Virus record (IMG/VR): IMGVR_UViG_3300035698_029335
Coordinates: 13,459-77,458 of that record
Direction: 5' to 3' (one strand)
Length of the DNA stretch: 64,000 nt
DNA from: a virus
Shown piece after piece: positions 35,195 to 45,058 of the stretch (positions within the stretch are counted from its first letter, which is position 1; the number at the start of each line of letters is the position of its first letter). The notes under the pieces were generated by a model. That model had not been told where the DNA came from, searched no databases, and saw only the letters and a list, made by a program, of their open reading frames with translations. The position numbers and the translations under genes were made by a program.

Positions 35195-36165
35195 TTGCTC
35201 CCCTTGATCATTCTATAAAAATTGATGAACATATTGTTAAAGTTCACTTCTCCAAATCCCTCCCTTATAATGTCTAACGAAAAGTTAGTTTGATTAAAGG
35301 CAGGCACAAAGTTGGCTAAAATGTCCTCCAGCACCTCTGTTCCTGCGTCACCAACCAGCGGCTTTGTTAGTTGCATCATCTTATAGTTCAATTCCACTAC
35401 TGCTCTACCCTCTTTGAGGCTTTCGTGTGCCTTGGAAGGCTTCTCAAGGGTGCCAATATATTCCACCAGATCATCAAAACTGTATCGTTGTTCTCCTACA
35501 AGGAATGGAAACCTTTTTGCTACAGTAGGCAACCCCAAACCTCTCACGCCGGGCAAGTTATCCGAAGAATCTCCTGTAATGGCTCTTGCGAGTGCAAAGT
35601 TATTTGGATGAATCTGAAACTTTTCAATTATACTATTTCGATTCAAGACCTCCTTTTGGATAGGTCTCATCATAACTGTGTTGCCATCTAACAATTGATA
35701 AAAATCTTTGTCGCTCGAAACTATTACTTTTTCACAATCTTTGTATTTTTCATGCTGTACAACGTAAGCGATTAAATCATCTGCTTCAACGCCTTCTACT
35801 AGCAGCTGCATCACTGGTGTCTTATTTAACATTTCAAACAATTTCAATAACTGCCAGTCTTTGTTTTCCGCTTCCTGTTTCTCGGTCAGTTGTCGTATGT
35901 TACGATTCAATCGTAAAGGGCTGCGTCCGTCCTTGTAGTCGCTCACTAGAGCCTTTCTACCTAATGAACCACCTGGTGCATCCCAAGCTACAATAACCTC
36001 ATCAGGGCTCGTCTCACGAATGATTTTTTGCAATGTTCTTAAAAAAGATATAGTGCCACCGCAAGGCTCTCCATTGGATGAGATGGCGGGAGAGACAATA
36101 TAGCCACGTATAAACTGATTAAGTCCGTCCAGCACCAAAACTCTTCTTTTCTTTTTACTGTCCAT
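35191..36165 (-). CDS. 5'-3' exonuclease / flap endonuclease (T4 RNase H-like)
   Basis: LDG.N, WD, YK..R, EADD, SSDKD, GD.SDN.PGV.G.G. Confidence 0.9.
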   Translation of the reverse strand: MDSKKKRRVLVLDGLNQFIRGYIVSPAISSNGEPCGGTISFLRTLQKIIRETSPDEVIVAWDAPGGSLGRKALVSDYKDGRSPLRLNRNIRQLTEKQEAENKDWQLLKLFEMLNKTPVMQLLVEGVEADDLIAYVVQHEKYKDCEKVIVSSDKDFYQLLDGNTVMMRPIQKEVLNRNSIIEKFQIHPNNFALARAITGDSSDNLPGVRGLGLPTVAKRFPFLVGEQRYSFDDLVEYIGTLEKPSKAHESLKEGRAVVELNYKMMQLTKPLVGDAGTEVLEDILANFVPAFNQTNFSLDIIREGFGEVNFNNMFINFYRMIKGSK

Positions 36166-36372
36166 AAAGTGCCTCATCAAAAAGCTCTAATTGCTCCTTT
36201 TCTGTTTGCACTTTATCAGCTAAATTGTCTAACTTCTTTGAAGCTAACCCAGAATCAAGACACTTTTGTCTCTCTTTGTCCAGTTGTTCAATTAATTCTT
36301 CTAACATTACCACCTCTCTGTTGAAAAGAAGCTGCTCCTGCCAAGGAGCAGCCTATATCTATCATTATTTTA

Positions 36373-37536
36373 TTATTCTACCTGTAGAGCTTCACCAACA
36401 CCGTCATTAAAATAGTCCTCGGCTTTACCAAGGCGCTGATCGAATTTTAGTATTATTTCTTCTTCTACAATCTCATTTACGCGTGCAACGAAAGAGGGGT
36501 CTGTCTTCATAAGTTCCACAAATTTCTTGTCACCTTGCCACTTCCTGAATTCAGTACCATCCTTATTAAGAAGCGTACCCCAGGTGCCACCAATGTAATA
36601 CTCTGAACCTTTAATCGCCAGCAAAATGGACTCTTCGTCCATTATGCCAACATGATCGCCCCAAAGAATCTTGAACTCCGCAAACCTATCCTGTGTTCCA
36701 AATCTAGACTTGACTAAACTTGCCTTAACATAAGAGCCGACTCTATAATCGTTATCATCGAACACGTTCTGCTTGTTGGAGGTCGAACTAGTAAGCCAGA
36801 TCCTTAGAGACGTTGCGTATACTGGTGTTTTTCCGCCAGGAGTAGTATACTTCTGCGTCATTTTAGCATACTTAGCGCCGCCTTGCACTGAAGCCATCCC
36901 ATCAATATTTGCCTTCAATTGATTCAATAATAGAACCGTACCATCATTATCACTTAATGGATTGATGATCTTGGAGAAAGCCTTGCTCAAGACACGTGCT
37001 TTCACGCCCACACTTGAGTTTGGATTCATATCTCCTTCCACATCTGACTTGGTCGGTGCCATCGCAACTGAGTCGAGAATGAAGAGAAACTTCATTTCTT
37101 TTATTTGCAGAAACTGTTCTATTACTTCCAAAAATGTTTCAAGATTTTCTGGAACCATCAATTGTATTTTAGATATATCTATTCCAGCAGCTTCCAGAAA
37201 TTCAGTATTTATGGCGCGTTCGAAGTCGGCATATATTGGCGTAATTCCCATCTCTATTGCATTTTTGGCTATTTGTACTGCCATATAACTCTTACCAGTG
37301 GACGATAGACCGGCTAACTCTGTTACTCGTCCAACCGGAATACCTGCTTTTTTACCCCTACAAATAGCAGAATCTAGCCATGTCGAACCAGTGGGAATCC
37401 ACTCTTTCACATCTGCTAGATTTTCCCCCTCTAAAAGGTCTGCGGATATCTTCGAGCCCGCTATTTTGTCAGCCATCTTGCGTAGCTGTGACATATCTAT
37501 CTTTCCTGGCGCTACTTTTTCTTTCTTTTTTCTCAT
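36373..37536 (-). CDS. RecA/UvsX recombinase
   Basis: IPTGS..LD, G.P.GRVTELAG..STGKS, D.E, ILDSVA, NQ, TPGG. Confidence 0.92.
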   Translation of the reverse strand: MRKKKEKVAPGKIDMSQLRKMADKIAGSKISADLLEGENLADVKEWIPTGSTWLDSAICRGKKAGIPVGRVTELAGLSSTGKSYMAVQIAKNAIEMGITPIYADFERAINTEFLEAAGIDISKIQLMVPENLETFLEVIEQFLQIKEMKFLFILDSVAMAPTKSDVEGDMNPNSSVGVKARVLSKAFSKIINPLSDNDGTVLLLNQLKANIDGMASVQGGAKYAKMTQKYTTPGGKTPVYATSLRIWLTSSTSNKQNVFDDNDYRVGSYVKASLVKSRFGTQDRFAEFKILWGDHVGIMDEESILLAIKGSEYYIGGTWGTLLNKDGTEFRKWQGDKKFVELMKTDPSFVARVNEIVEEEIILKFDQRLGKAEDYFNDGVGEALQVE

Positions 37537-37567
37537 TCCTTACCTCGTAATAGGTTAGGTAGTAGTG

Positions 37568-37595
37568 AAAGAAAGGGGAACGTAAGCCCCCCTTT
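37568..37595 (-). terminator. intrinsic terminator after the SSB gene
   Basis: GAAAGGGG...CCCCTTTC stem then TTT. Confidence 0.65.
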
Positions 37596-37619
37596 CCTCA
37601 CCATTACTTTTGCTTAGCG

Positions 37620-38387
37620 CTAGCTAAGTTGCTCAAAGGCACTGTCTACACTGCTAGCACCACCACCTTCATCAGAAGCAGTAGAACTGCCGTACTTCTC
37701 GGTACCATCATCACCTTCATCAGTTACTTCACCTTCATCACCAGCCAAATGCTTGTCAAGAGCAACTCTAGCATCAGCTGACGAGACCCGGTCATACAAC
37801 TCATCAAAATCAGGCACTGAATCTAGCAGTTCCTTGACTTCTTCTGCGGACTTGCCAGGCAAAAGTTCGCTACTCTTTCGGCGGGGTGTTACGCCAGTAG
37901 AAGGAAATTGAGCGCCCGATTCCTTGCCGTATTGCAGGGTCAAATCGACACCGTTATCGACATCAGTAATGTCGCCAAAGTCAGGATTTAGCACCAGACC
38001 GAGGAACTCCTCGTAGACTGTTTTGGAGTACCCATACACCTTGATTCCCGCATCTTCATCACCACGTACAATAACGGGAGAAAAGAAGCGTTGCTTTGCT
38101 GATATTTCTTTTGCCATCTTGATCGACTCTTCATCACCATCTTTATAGAGTTGATGTGCAAAGTCACACACTGCGCAATCTTCGTTGAAATTACGCTTTG
38201 GACACAAAAACCCCTGCTCTCCTACATTGTAGTGAAAGAAGTAATTCTTGAAAGGGTCTCCGTCGGCAGTCGGGACGATACGAATATCTTGCTTACCGTC
38301 TTTTGGCTTCCAAAACATTCCGCCTTTGCCGCGTTGCTTTGATTGAGCGAGTTTTGCCTTCATTTTTTTAATATCTAATTTAGCCAT
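37620..38387 (-). CDS. gp32-like single-stranded DNA-binding protein
   Basis: FWKP, IRIVP, H..C...C.VC zinc site, DITD...G.D, acidic tail. Confidence 0.85.
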   Translation of the reverse strand: MAKLDIKKMKAKLAQSKQRGKGGMFWKPKDGKQDIRIVPTADGDPFKNYFFHYNVGEQGFLCPKRNFNEDCAVCDFAHQLYKDGDEESIKMAKEISAKQRFFSPVIVRGDEDAGIKVYGYSKTVYEEFLGLVLNPDFGDITDVDNGVDLTLQYGKESGAQFPSTGVTPRRKSSELLPGKSAEEVKELLDSVPDFDELYDRVSSADARVALDKHLAGDEGEVTDEGDDGTEKYGSSTASDEGGGASSVDSAFEQLS

Positions 38388-38428
38388 TTTTCCTTTCCTC
38401 TTGTTGTTTTTTTACACCACTCTACGTT

Positions 38429-38701
38429 TTAGAGCGGCACTGTTTTGCCGAGTATATCATTTGCTACCTCGGTAATTGTTAATTCACCCTCAAGTGTTGA
38501 ATAATTGAAAACTCTGAAAGCAGACTTTTCAACATCCCACACACTCTCAAGTCCGTCGGGTAAAACCGGACTCTTTCCACCCTTACTAATCGCGTTTGCG
38601 AACTCTTGTGGAAAATCTTCTTTTTTGACAAAGCGCATTGTTCGCTTTGTTCCATCTTTCTTCGTATAAGTCCCTTCGAATAATCTCAAGCTTACCTCCA
38701 T
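38429..38701 (-). CDS. small SH3/WYL-like protein
   Basis: YTKKDGTKRTM ... VWDVEK.AFR.F. Confidence 0.6.
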   Translation of the reverse strand: MEVSLRLFEGTYTKKDGTKRTMRFVKKEDFPQEFANAISKGGKSPVLPDGLESVWDVEKSAFRVFNYSTLEGELTITEVANDILGKTVPL

Positions 38702-38711
38702 TGTGATGTGT

Positions 38712-38740
38712 ATTCTACATCAATTCGATCACTTTGTCAA
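38712..38740 (-). promoter_or_regulatory. sigma70 promoter
   Basis: TTGACA-17bp-TAGAAT. Confidence 0.7.
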
Positions 38741-39582
38741 GAACTTTTTTCGCCCTGGACGTGTTTTGTGTTCGCTAGGCAAAATACAAAATTATCCGCA
38801 TAAGACGTAGTGAAGATACCGTACATGACTTCGGCGTTCTCTTCTGCTCTTTCTTTTACTTGTATTTTTATCTTGCCCAACAGCTGCTTGTCTTCTTCTA
38901 GAAGAGCAGAGCTGACTGCATATAAATAGTATTTCTCATAGGTTTTATCCAGCGAAAAAAGCCATTTATCTTCTTTTTCTCCAATCTCAGTAACTCCTAA
39001 GGTACTGATTCTATTGGGGTCTTGGGGAGGGACTAACCTTCCCATGATAGGTTGAGTGTGCATAAACACTTGTGTCATATGGTATGTGGAAGCTATCAAA
39101 TCAGCTTGCTTTTCCTCATATTCCAAGATTGACACATCGCCAATTATGGTGTCTACAAGAGGCATATCGATGAGGAAAATTCTCTCAAAGACGCCAGATC
39201 TTGCATAGTTTTGCAAGACACTATATGTTACATGTTCCTGTGCTTTCTCTAGCTGCGTCATAAGTTCTGCGTCAGACTTCAAAAACATACACACTATCTT
39301 CTTTTGCTGAAGCTGTGACATTACTGCCAACGCAGAGCCACAAATAGCCTCAGAGCCAGTACAGATAAACAATACCTCTTCTTCGACATCAGCAAAGAAC
39401 TCACTGCAGTCCGGCGTGGCTTCTTCATAAGCTTCTACGCTCACTTGTTTCTGGAATCTTTTGGTATCCAAAGAGTCCTCAATATCAGTGTCAATTTTAT
39501 ACACCTTGTATTGCGGATACTTTTTAAACTTTTCAGATACTTTTCCAGCTAATTCACCTAAAGCCACTATACTTTGCATCAA
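38737..39582 (-). CDS. divergent tubulin/FtsZ-like protein
   Basis: IVALG..AGKV (T1-like), Y.IDT, VLFI..G.....GS (degenerate T4 loop), IFLID. Confidence 0.5.
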   Translation of the reverse strand: MMQSIVALGELAGKVSEKFKKYPQYKVYKIDTDIEDSLDTKRFQKQVSVEAYEEATPDCSEFFADVEEEVLFICTGSEAICGSALAVMSQLQQKKIVCMFLKSDAELMTQLEKAQEHVTYSVLQNYARSGVFERIFLIDMPLVDTIIGDVSILEYEEKQADLIASTYHMTQVFMHTQPIMGRLVPPQDPNRISTLGVTEIGEKEDKWLFSLDKTYEKYYLYAVSSALLEEDKQLLGKIKIQVKERAEENAEVMYGIFTTSYADNFVFCLANTKHVQGEKSS

Positions 39583-40760
39583 TTCACCTCAATCATTTTG
39601 TTAAGATCTTTGCCCACTTTCAATGATGTCCTGAATACGCCCAAGTCAGTTTTTGAAAATACTCTTGCCATTTCCATGATTTTGTCTTTTTCCAAAATAT
39701 CCAAGTCTACAATAATAGAATCGTGGATGATGAAGGCAATGTGAGAAGTAAGATCCTGTAGGAGCGCGTGCACCTTTACAGCTTGTCGCAAAACAAGGTC
39801 ACTTGTCGTACTTTGAATGATGTAATTTAGTGAATGATATTCATTAGAGGGAATCATACGCCCGAAATGGTTCTTTACGTCAAATCCGTTCCAGTACTTC
39901 TCCTTCACTGCGTCTGCATCATACAGTTTCGCAAAGGATGTTCCATCAACTTGTGTCGAGCCATAAAGCCAGGCAAAAATATCAGCTTTCGCCTTTTCTC
40001 TAGTTATGCCCAATTTCTCTGCATTCCAAGCATGTATATCTTCATCTGGTTGTGGAATCCCACTTAATGCTAGTAGCGTACGCAGATCTGCTGCATTGTA
40101 ATCCAGTTCAACAAACCAGCCGTTTTTAGGTTTAATCACAGAGCGGAAGCTTTTATCCATTGATAATATGGGAAAAGTACCTTTTAGGCTAGTGAGGCGA
40201 CCAGTCTTGGAACCAAATTGATCGAAATCAACAGTGTGTCTTGTCGCTTTCAGTTTTTTGATAAAATTCCTAACACGAACCTCTGATAGTCTATCCTTTA
40301 GCACTTGAGTGTCCACACCTACGCCTCTACTGCGTATATCTGAGAGCAATATTTCCAAGTTCAGGCGATGTTCATAATCGACGGGCTTTTTATAATGCAG
40401 AAACACACTGTCGATTATTCTACATTTGGCATCAAAATATTCTTTCAAAAATTGAACTGGCACCAAGTCATAAAAACAGACTTCATTTAAGTTTATCTTT
40501 GCCTCGAAAAAGGAAGTAATGAAAGCGCGAAGCTTTTTTGTCAAACGTTGCCACTCTGGCTTCATCTCTTCTGGGCAAACCTCGTCAAAAGTTTTTCCGC
40601 CACAATACAGATGGGCGTACTCTATACTTGAATCATGAAGAAACGGCATATAACGCCAAGTTCTGTCTAGGTTGTCCGGTATGTCGCCATGAAGCTTCAA
40701 CTCCCCCTTTGTATAGATCCCTACGCATTCCTGTTTGTCGTCGAGAGCGATAAAGGTCAT
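39579..40760 (-). CDS. short family A DNA polymerase
   Basis: TGRL, motif A ELDYNAADLR, DIH, motif B R..AK...F..LYG, N..IQS..SD, motif C IHDS; start moved to MTFIAL. Confidence 0.85.
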   Translation of the reverse strand: MTFIALDDKQECVGIYTKGELKLHGDIPDNLDRTWRYMPFLHDSSIEYAHLYCGGKTFDEVCPEEMKPEWQRLTKKLRAFITSFFEAKINLNEVCFYDLVPVQFLKEYFDAKCRIIDSVFLHYKKPVDYEHRLNLEILLSDIRSRGVGVDTQVLKDRLSEVRVRNFIKKLKATRHTVDFDQFGSKTGRLTSLKGTFPILSMDKSFRSVIKPKNGWFVELDYNAADLRTLLALSGIPQPDEDIHAWNAEKLGITREKAKADIFAWLYGSTQVDGTSFAKLYDADAVKEKYWNGFDVKNHFGRMIPSNEYHSLNYIIQSTTSDLVLRQAVKVHALLQDLTSHIAFIIHDSIIVDLDILEKDKIMEMARVFSKTDLGVFRTSLKVGKDLNKMIEVN

Positions 40761-40766
40761 TGATGC

Positions 40767-40795
40767 ATCATAACACGATCTCTTTCTTTTGTCAA
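40767..40795 (-). promoter_or_regulatory. sigma70 promoter giving a probably leaderless polA mRNA
   Basis: TTGACA-17bp-TATGAT, 6 nt before the ATG, no SD. Confidence 0.7.
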
Positions 40796-40797
40796 GC

Positions 40798-42033
40798 TCA
40801 GGAGGAGCGTTTTTTTGCAGAAAAATAAAAGTTACGTTCTTTCTTGCTTGAGCCAGAAGAGTTTTTGACCTTACGATCAATGTAATCGGCTGCAGTGTTG
40901 GGGTCTTTGCCAATGGCATAGAAATTTGCATTTTTTGCAAATATTTCAAACTTTGCCTGATCCCAGCTTAAATTCTCTTCGCGAGCACGGACAAAAGTAT
41001 AAAAGCGAAGCCAATATTCACTACCATATTCCTCGTCGAGGCTCACCTTTTCTTGCGGAGCCCGCACAAGCTCTTTCGTGCATACTTTCACTTTGCCGTT
41101 TTTGACCTTAAAGTCTGGTCTAACAATTATAGGCTTAGATGTTACATAAGAATTGTAAAACTCTATAACATATGTCTTCAAGGTATCGATATCGTAAAGG
41201 TGAGATTTGTAAAAACACTTATCTATTACAGTTGTAGCGGTCAAGCCATACTTAGCTAAGTATGGTGCCATAGCTGGAGAACCAATATCCGCAACAATCC
41301 TCCATGGGGCGTGTTTATCTACCTTGAACCCAAAGCGTTGAGCCGCTTCATTAAAGATTGGAAAATTAGCGTCCTCTAGGAAGTTTGCCACCTTTGGTAA
41401 GTCTTCTGAAAAGAGAGCATCTGATAACTCAAGTGCGAGACCTGATATTAGCGGAGAGGTCTTTTCAGACAGAATTAACTTTGTTCTAGTCATCGGAACT
41501 AATGGAGTAACTGAGTCTACAAATTCAGCAAAAACAATCATAAAGCTGTTAAAGTCCTTTATCGCTGCTTCCTTTTTATAAGCGAGCAAATAAGACTTGA
41601 ATTTTGTATAAATAACTTCCATCAGTTGGTGATAAGAAGTATTAATTGATTGCCACCCTCTTACCGGCTGGAAGTTCGCATATGGTCCTGATTCGTTAAT
41701 CGCACCTCTGCCTCTAAGGAATGCAAAATACTGCGTCAAGTCGCTAAAAGCGTCTGCAACAAAGTTTACAGCGAAGACAGCATCGCCAGTTATTGGCAGC
41801 TGCACTAAATGTCTTTCTGACAAATGGATCGCCCTTGCTTGAATATCCGATCTGCCATAATAAGGCTTTTCGTTCCAAAAGTCAATAGGTTTTCTTGGAG
41901 AAATCAATGATGATGAGAAAGCTAACTTATCATACAATTTTCTCTGGAAAAACAAGCTCCTAGAGTTGAGTGAATTACTTGCCTCAGGCATTGTATTCAA
42001 TAGGAGCGGTTCGTCTCTTTCTTTTTTAGCCAT
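40798..42033 (-). CDS. hypothetical protein, last gene of the tail/baseplate cluster
   Basis: Long ORF overlapping the end of the upstream gene. Confidence 0.65.
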   Translation of the reverse strand: MAKKERDEPLLLNTMPEASNSLNSRSLFFQRKLYDKLAFSSSLISPRKPIDFWNEKPYYGRSDIQARAIHLSERHLVQLPITGDAVFAVNFVADAFSDLTQYFAFLRGRGAINESGPYANFQPVRGWQSINTSYHQLMEVIYTKFKSYLLAYKKEAAIKDFNSFMIVFAEFVDSVTPLVPMTRTKLILSEKTSPLISGLALELSDALFSEDLPKVANFLEDANFPIFNEAAQRFGFKVDKHAPWRIVADIGSPAMAPYLAKYGLTATTVIDKCFYKSHLYDIDTLKTYVIEFYNSYVTSKPIIVRPDFKVKNGKVKVCTKELVRAPQEKVSLDEEYGSEYWLRFYTFVRAREENLSWDQAKFEIFAKNANFYAIGKDPNTAADYIDRKVKNSSGSSKKERNFYFSAKKRSS

Positions 42034-44716
42034 TTATGATTCTCACTTTATTGGTGATAGATGCCTTGTGGCGAACATCACTTGTCTTGACGAGGGCTAC
42101 TTCCTCATCTCCAATATTAAAAGTGCCATCACCCCTTGAGGTCCACTTAGTTTCTAATTCAGTGTCATATGTTCCTGGCGAAATACTACCCTTGACTGAT
42201 ATTATGTCAAAATAGCCTCCAATACCAAGGTCCCTTAAGACTTTTGCACGAGAATTAAGGCTAGCACCTCCACCGGCAATACTAGGAAAAACCGTCGGTG
42301 TAATGTGAACTTTACCACCCACATCAAACAAATTGTTTCCGACCATAGCTACTGTGGCATTATACTTATCTCTTAGTATTTTGGCAGGTCCTTGCTTATC
42401 AACCAAGTTGTTTTGAATGTTCGCCTCTGGCATGAATGGCATATCTTCACGTGTGAAATTAATATTCTTCGTTAATCCATTTTCATTGCCAAAGAATATA
42501 TGGTATATACCTTTACTTCTGTCGATATCGCCGTCTCCTTTTAGGTCAAAGGGGTTTTCGACAGTACCATATATAATAAGATAATTCTGTAATTGCTTAT
42601 CTTGAGCGGCTTTGCTTTTCTTCATAACAAATGGATGGTTCTTAAGTGCGTCTGCTTGCATTCTGATACCGCCCAATCCTTGCTCTTCAGCAAACAACTT
42701 CTCCCTAGCCTCACTTTCTGGCACAGATATGGCTTTATATGTAATTCTAGCTTGCTGTTTCGGTGCAAACTCACTACATTCGGTACTCAGAGCCCGTATA
42801 ACAAGATCGTTGATAACTGAATCTATGAACTTTTTAAAGCTCATGTTCTCTTTTCCAGGATCCGCTATGTTTTCATGGAACCAGTTGGCAAAAACTTTGA
42901 AAGACACAGGGATATCTGCAATATTAACACTAACCCTTTTTCCTTGATACACTTTATCATAAGTATATTTTTCATTCTTCAGACCCTTGACTTTTGCTAC
43001 CATGCCTGTATCAGACATCTGCCCATAATCATAGAAAGTCAATGGACCAGTCAAGACGCGCAAGTCTTTTTCCATAAAGCCAGCATTTTCGCCAGAACCT
43101 TTGTGATTAAACATGCCTTCTAGAACTATATTAATCAAGTCTCCCAAATAGAAAAACGTAACCATATAGGAATCTTCATCATATGCTTGACCTTCAGAAG
43201 TAAAATCCGATAGATTCTTGATAAGTTTGTTGGAGTACGCCAGCCTATCCTCAGGAGACAGATTAGCATTTTCTTCATTAGCATTCAAATAATCGACATA
43301 TCCACTTGATGCACCTACTGCTTTTGCGCCAGTAAGGAGATTTTGAGCCCCATCAGGGTTCTTTTCTGCATTTCTCAACTTAGTGCCTTCTGATTCTTTG
43401 TTTACCGCCTCTATGTCGCTTGTGTTGAGCTTATTTTGCGACGATAAAGTCTTTATCCTTATCTTCTTGTCGAAGAAGTTCTTGGGTGCACGTAAGTACC
43501 TAAGCTGCTTCTTTTCATATAAGCCTGTCATTATTCTTCGATAGCTAGCTTCCTTCGACGAACTACCTAGTTCTTCATATCGCTCTCGGGCTTCCTTCAA
43601 CTGTGCATCACTAATAGTCAATACATCATCTTTCCCAAGATCACTAATCTTCACTCCCGCCTTTTCCAATCTTGAGCGCTCCTTTGCGTTAAACGACTCA
43701 TGACGAGCGACTAGTGCAGCAAGGCGTTTTTGCTCCGCCACTGTTCTGGCATCCTGAAAAAGTATGTTTGCGTCTCTTGGGTCCGACATCGCCGACTCAG
43801 TGTATGATATATATTTAATTGTAAGCTCTACAGTTCCATCTTCTCGGAAGTCAATTTCATGTTTCTTTAAACCAAGATACATTACGATGTTATTTTTCTC
43901 CAATTCCTCGGTTATCGCCTGAGGAATCAAAGCTCTGTAGGTGTTCACTGGCAGTGTAGGTGCGTGCCACCCAACAACTGCTTTGATACGAAAATAATCT
44001 TTATTATACGTAAAACTTCCTTCGTTCTCGCCTTCTCTGAACTTTCTTTGAGGCAACAACAGGTCCGAATAAGCGATGTCCACCGATTCTTGTTTTGCTC
44101 CGAAATTAATCAATTTGGTATCCCTGACTTCGAACAAATCTTCTATGTTCTGAAAATGTAAAACAAGATCGGCTCCAAATGTATATTTATTAGCTGGATT
44201 GGTGCCAAGTGTCTTCCACTCAAAGCTCTTCAAGCCGACACCTGAGCCTCTACCGACGCCAGTCTTCATCATATCTGCTATCTTATCTTCTCTAGCAATA
44301 TCATCAAAAGGCAGCTCTACTGATGCAGTTTTGCCAGTAGCCGGATCCTTATATTCTTTATAGAGGCGTACTTTTGGTACTAATGCGCTAATTTGAGCTG
44401 CCGACATTGTCATTAATAAGTCAGCTTTGTCTGACTTATTAAACAACAAGTTTATAAGCTCAAAAGGTCGTTGGTGCTCGATTATCCCAAACTGCTTATA
44501 GCGCTTTGGTCCATTAAAGAGACCGCGATTAGAGGAGACCAGCACTTCCCAATTAAGCATCAAATAACATTGCTCTTGGAAACGAAGAGCTGCTTGGCGC
44601 TCATCACCCTTTAGTTCCTTATATTGATCTTTATCTAGTCTTTCTTTTTTGCCTTGCTCAACTTCGGCGGAGGTTGCTCCGCCAATAAGTCCATAAAGCG
44701 TGTCTTTTAATGTCAT
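42026..44716 (-). CDS. baseplate hub-like protein (gp27-like)
   Basis: Position after the LysM-like gene; C-terminal A.V.MVGN..F..G...GG.F.I..V...I..G.Y.T pattern. Confidence 0.55.
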   Translation of the reverse strand: MTLKDTLYGLIGGATSAEVEQGKKERLDKDQYKELKGDERQAALRFQEQCYLMLNWEVLVSSNRGLFNGPKRYKQFGIIEHQRPFELINLLFNKSDKADLLMTMSAAQISALVPKVRLYKEYKDPATGKTASVELPFDDIAREDKIADMMKTGVGRGSGVGLKSFEWKTLGTNPANKYTFGADLVLHFQNIEDLFEVRDTKLINFGAKQESVDIAYSDLLLPQRKFREGENEGSFTYNKDYFRIKAVVGWHAPTLPVNTYRALIPQAITEELEKNNIVMYLGLKKHEIDFREDGTVELTIKYISYTESAMSDPRDANILFQDARTVAEQKRLAALVARHESFNAKERSRLEKAGVKISDLGKDDVLTISDAQLKEARERYEELGSSSKEASYRRIMTGLYEKKQLRYLRAPKNFFDKKIRIKTLSSQNKLNTSDIEAVNKESEGTKLRNAEKNPDGAQNLLTGAKAVGASSGYVDYLNANEENANLSPEDRLAYSNKLIKNLSDFTSEGQAYDEDSYMVTFFYLGDLINIVLEGMFNHKGSGENAGFMEKDLRVLTGPLTFYDYGQMSDTGMVAKVKGLKNEKYTYDKVYQGKRVSVNIADIPVSFKVFANWFHENIADPGKENMSFKKFIDSVINDLVIRALSTECSEFAPKQQARITYKAISVPESEAREKLFAEEQGLGGIRMQADALKNHPFVMKKSKAAQDKQLQNYLIIYGTVENPFDLKGDGDIDRSKGIYHIFFGNENGLTKNINFTREDMPFMPEANIQNNLVDKQGPAKILRDKYNATVAMVGNNLFDVGGKVHITPTVFPSIAGGGASLNSRAKVLRDLGIGGYFDIISVKGSISPGTYDTELETKWTSRGDGTFNIGDEEVALVKTSDVRHKASITNKVRIING

Positions 44717-45058
44717 TTATACACCAAACAAAGATAGTACTTTTTCTAAAGGTTGTGGGATGAGAATTGTGTCGTTTAGCGCAACATCTGCTTCAGTTGG
44801 TTTTTTATTATACCATGCAATTACCCACCACAACTGTGCATTTCCATAAAACTGTTCTGCGAGCTTCCAATATCTATCGCCGCGCTTCCACAAAACAACC
44901 TCTACATCCAATGCAGCCATCTCTGAAGTGGAGGGCTGACCTAATGTTGGCGTCGTATGGTGCTTTATCTTCTTAACTCCACGCTCTTGGAGGTGTTTAC
45001 TATAAAGCTTGTCTTTATTATCTTTCGTTGAGCGCTCTTCATACCTAGAATAAGCCAT
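44717..45058 (-). CDS. LysM-like baseplate protein (gp53-like)
   Basis: GDR...LA..FYG...LWWVIA..N.......I.IP. Confidence 0.75.
   Translation of the reverse strand: MAYSRYEERSTKDNKDKLYSKHLQERGVKKIKHHTTPTLGQPSTSEMAALDVEVVLWKRGDRYWKLAEQFYGNAQLWWVIAWYNKKPTEADVALNDTILIPQPLEKVLSLFGV

Noticed and set aside
40761-40949. Longer N-termini in the ORF track for polA, nrdJ, thyX, VWA and endonuclease genes
   Set aside because: These extensions overlap upstream genes or promoter elements; downstream starts fit the SD or promoter positions better.
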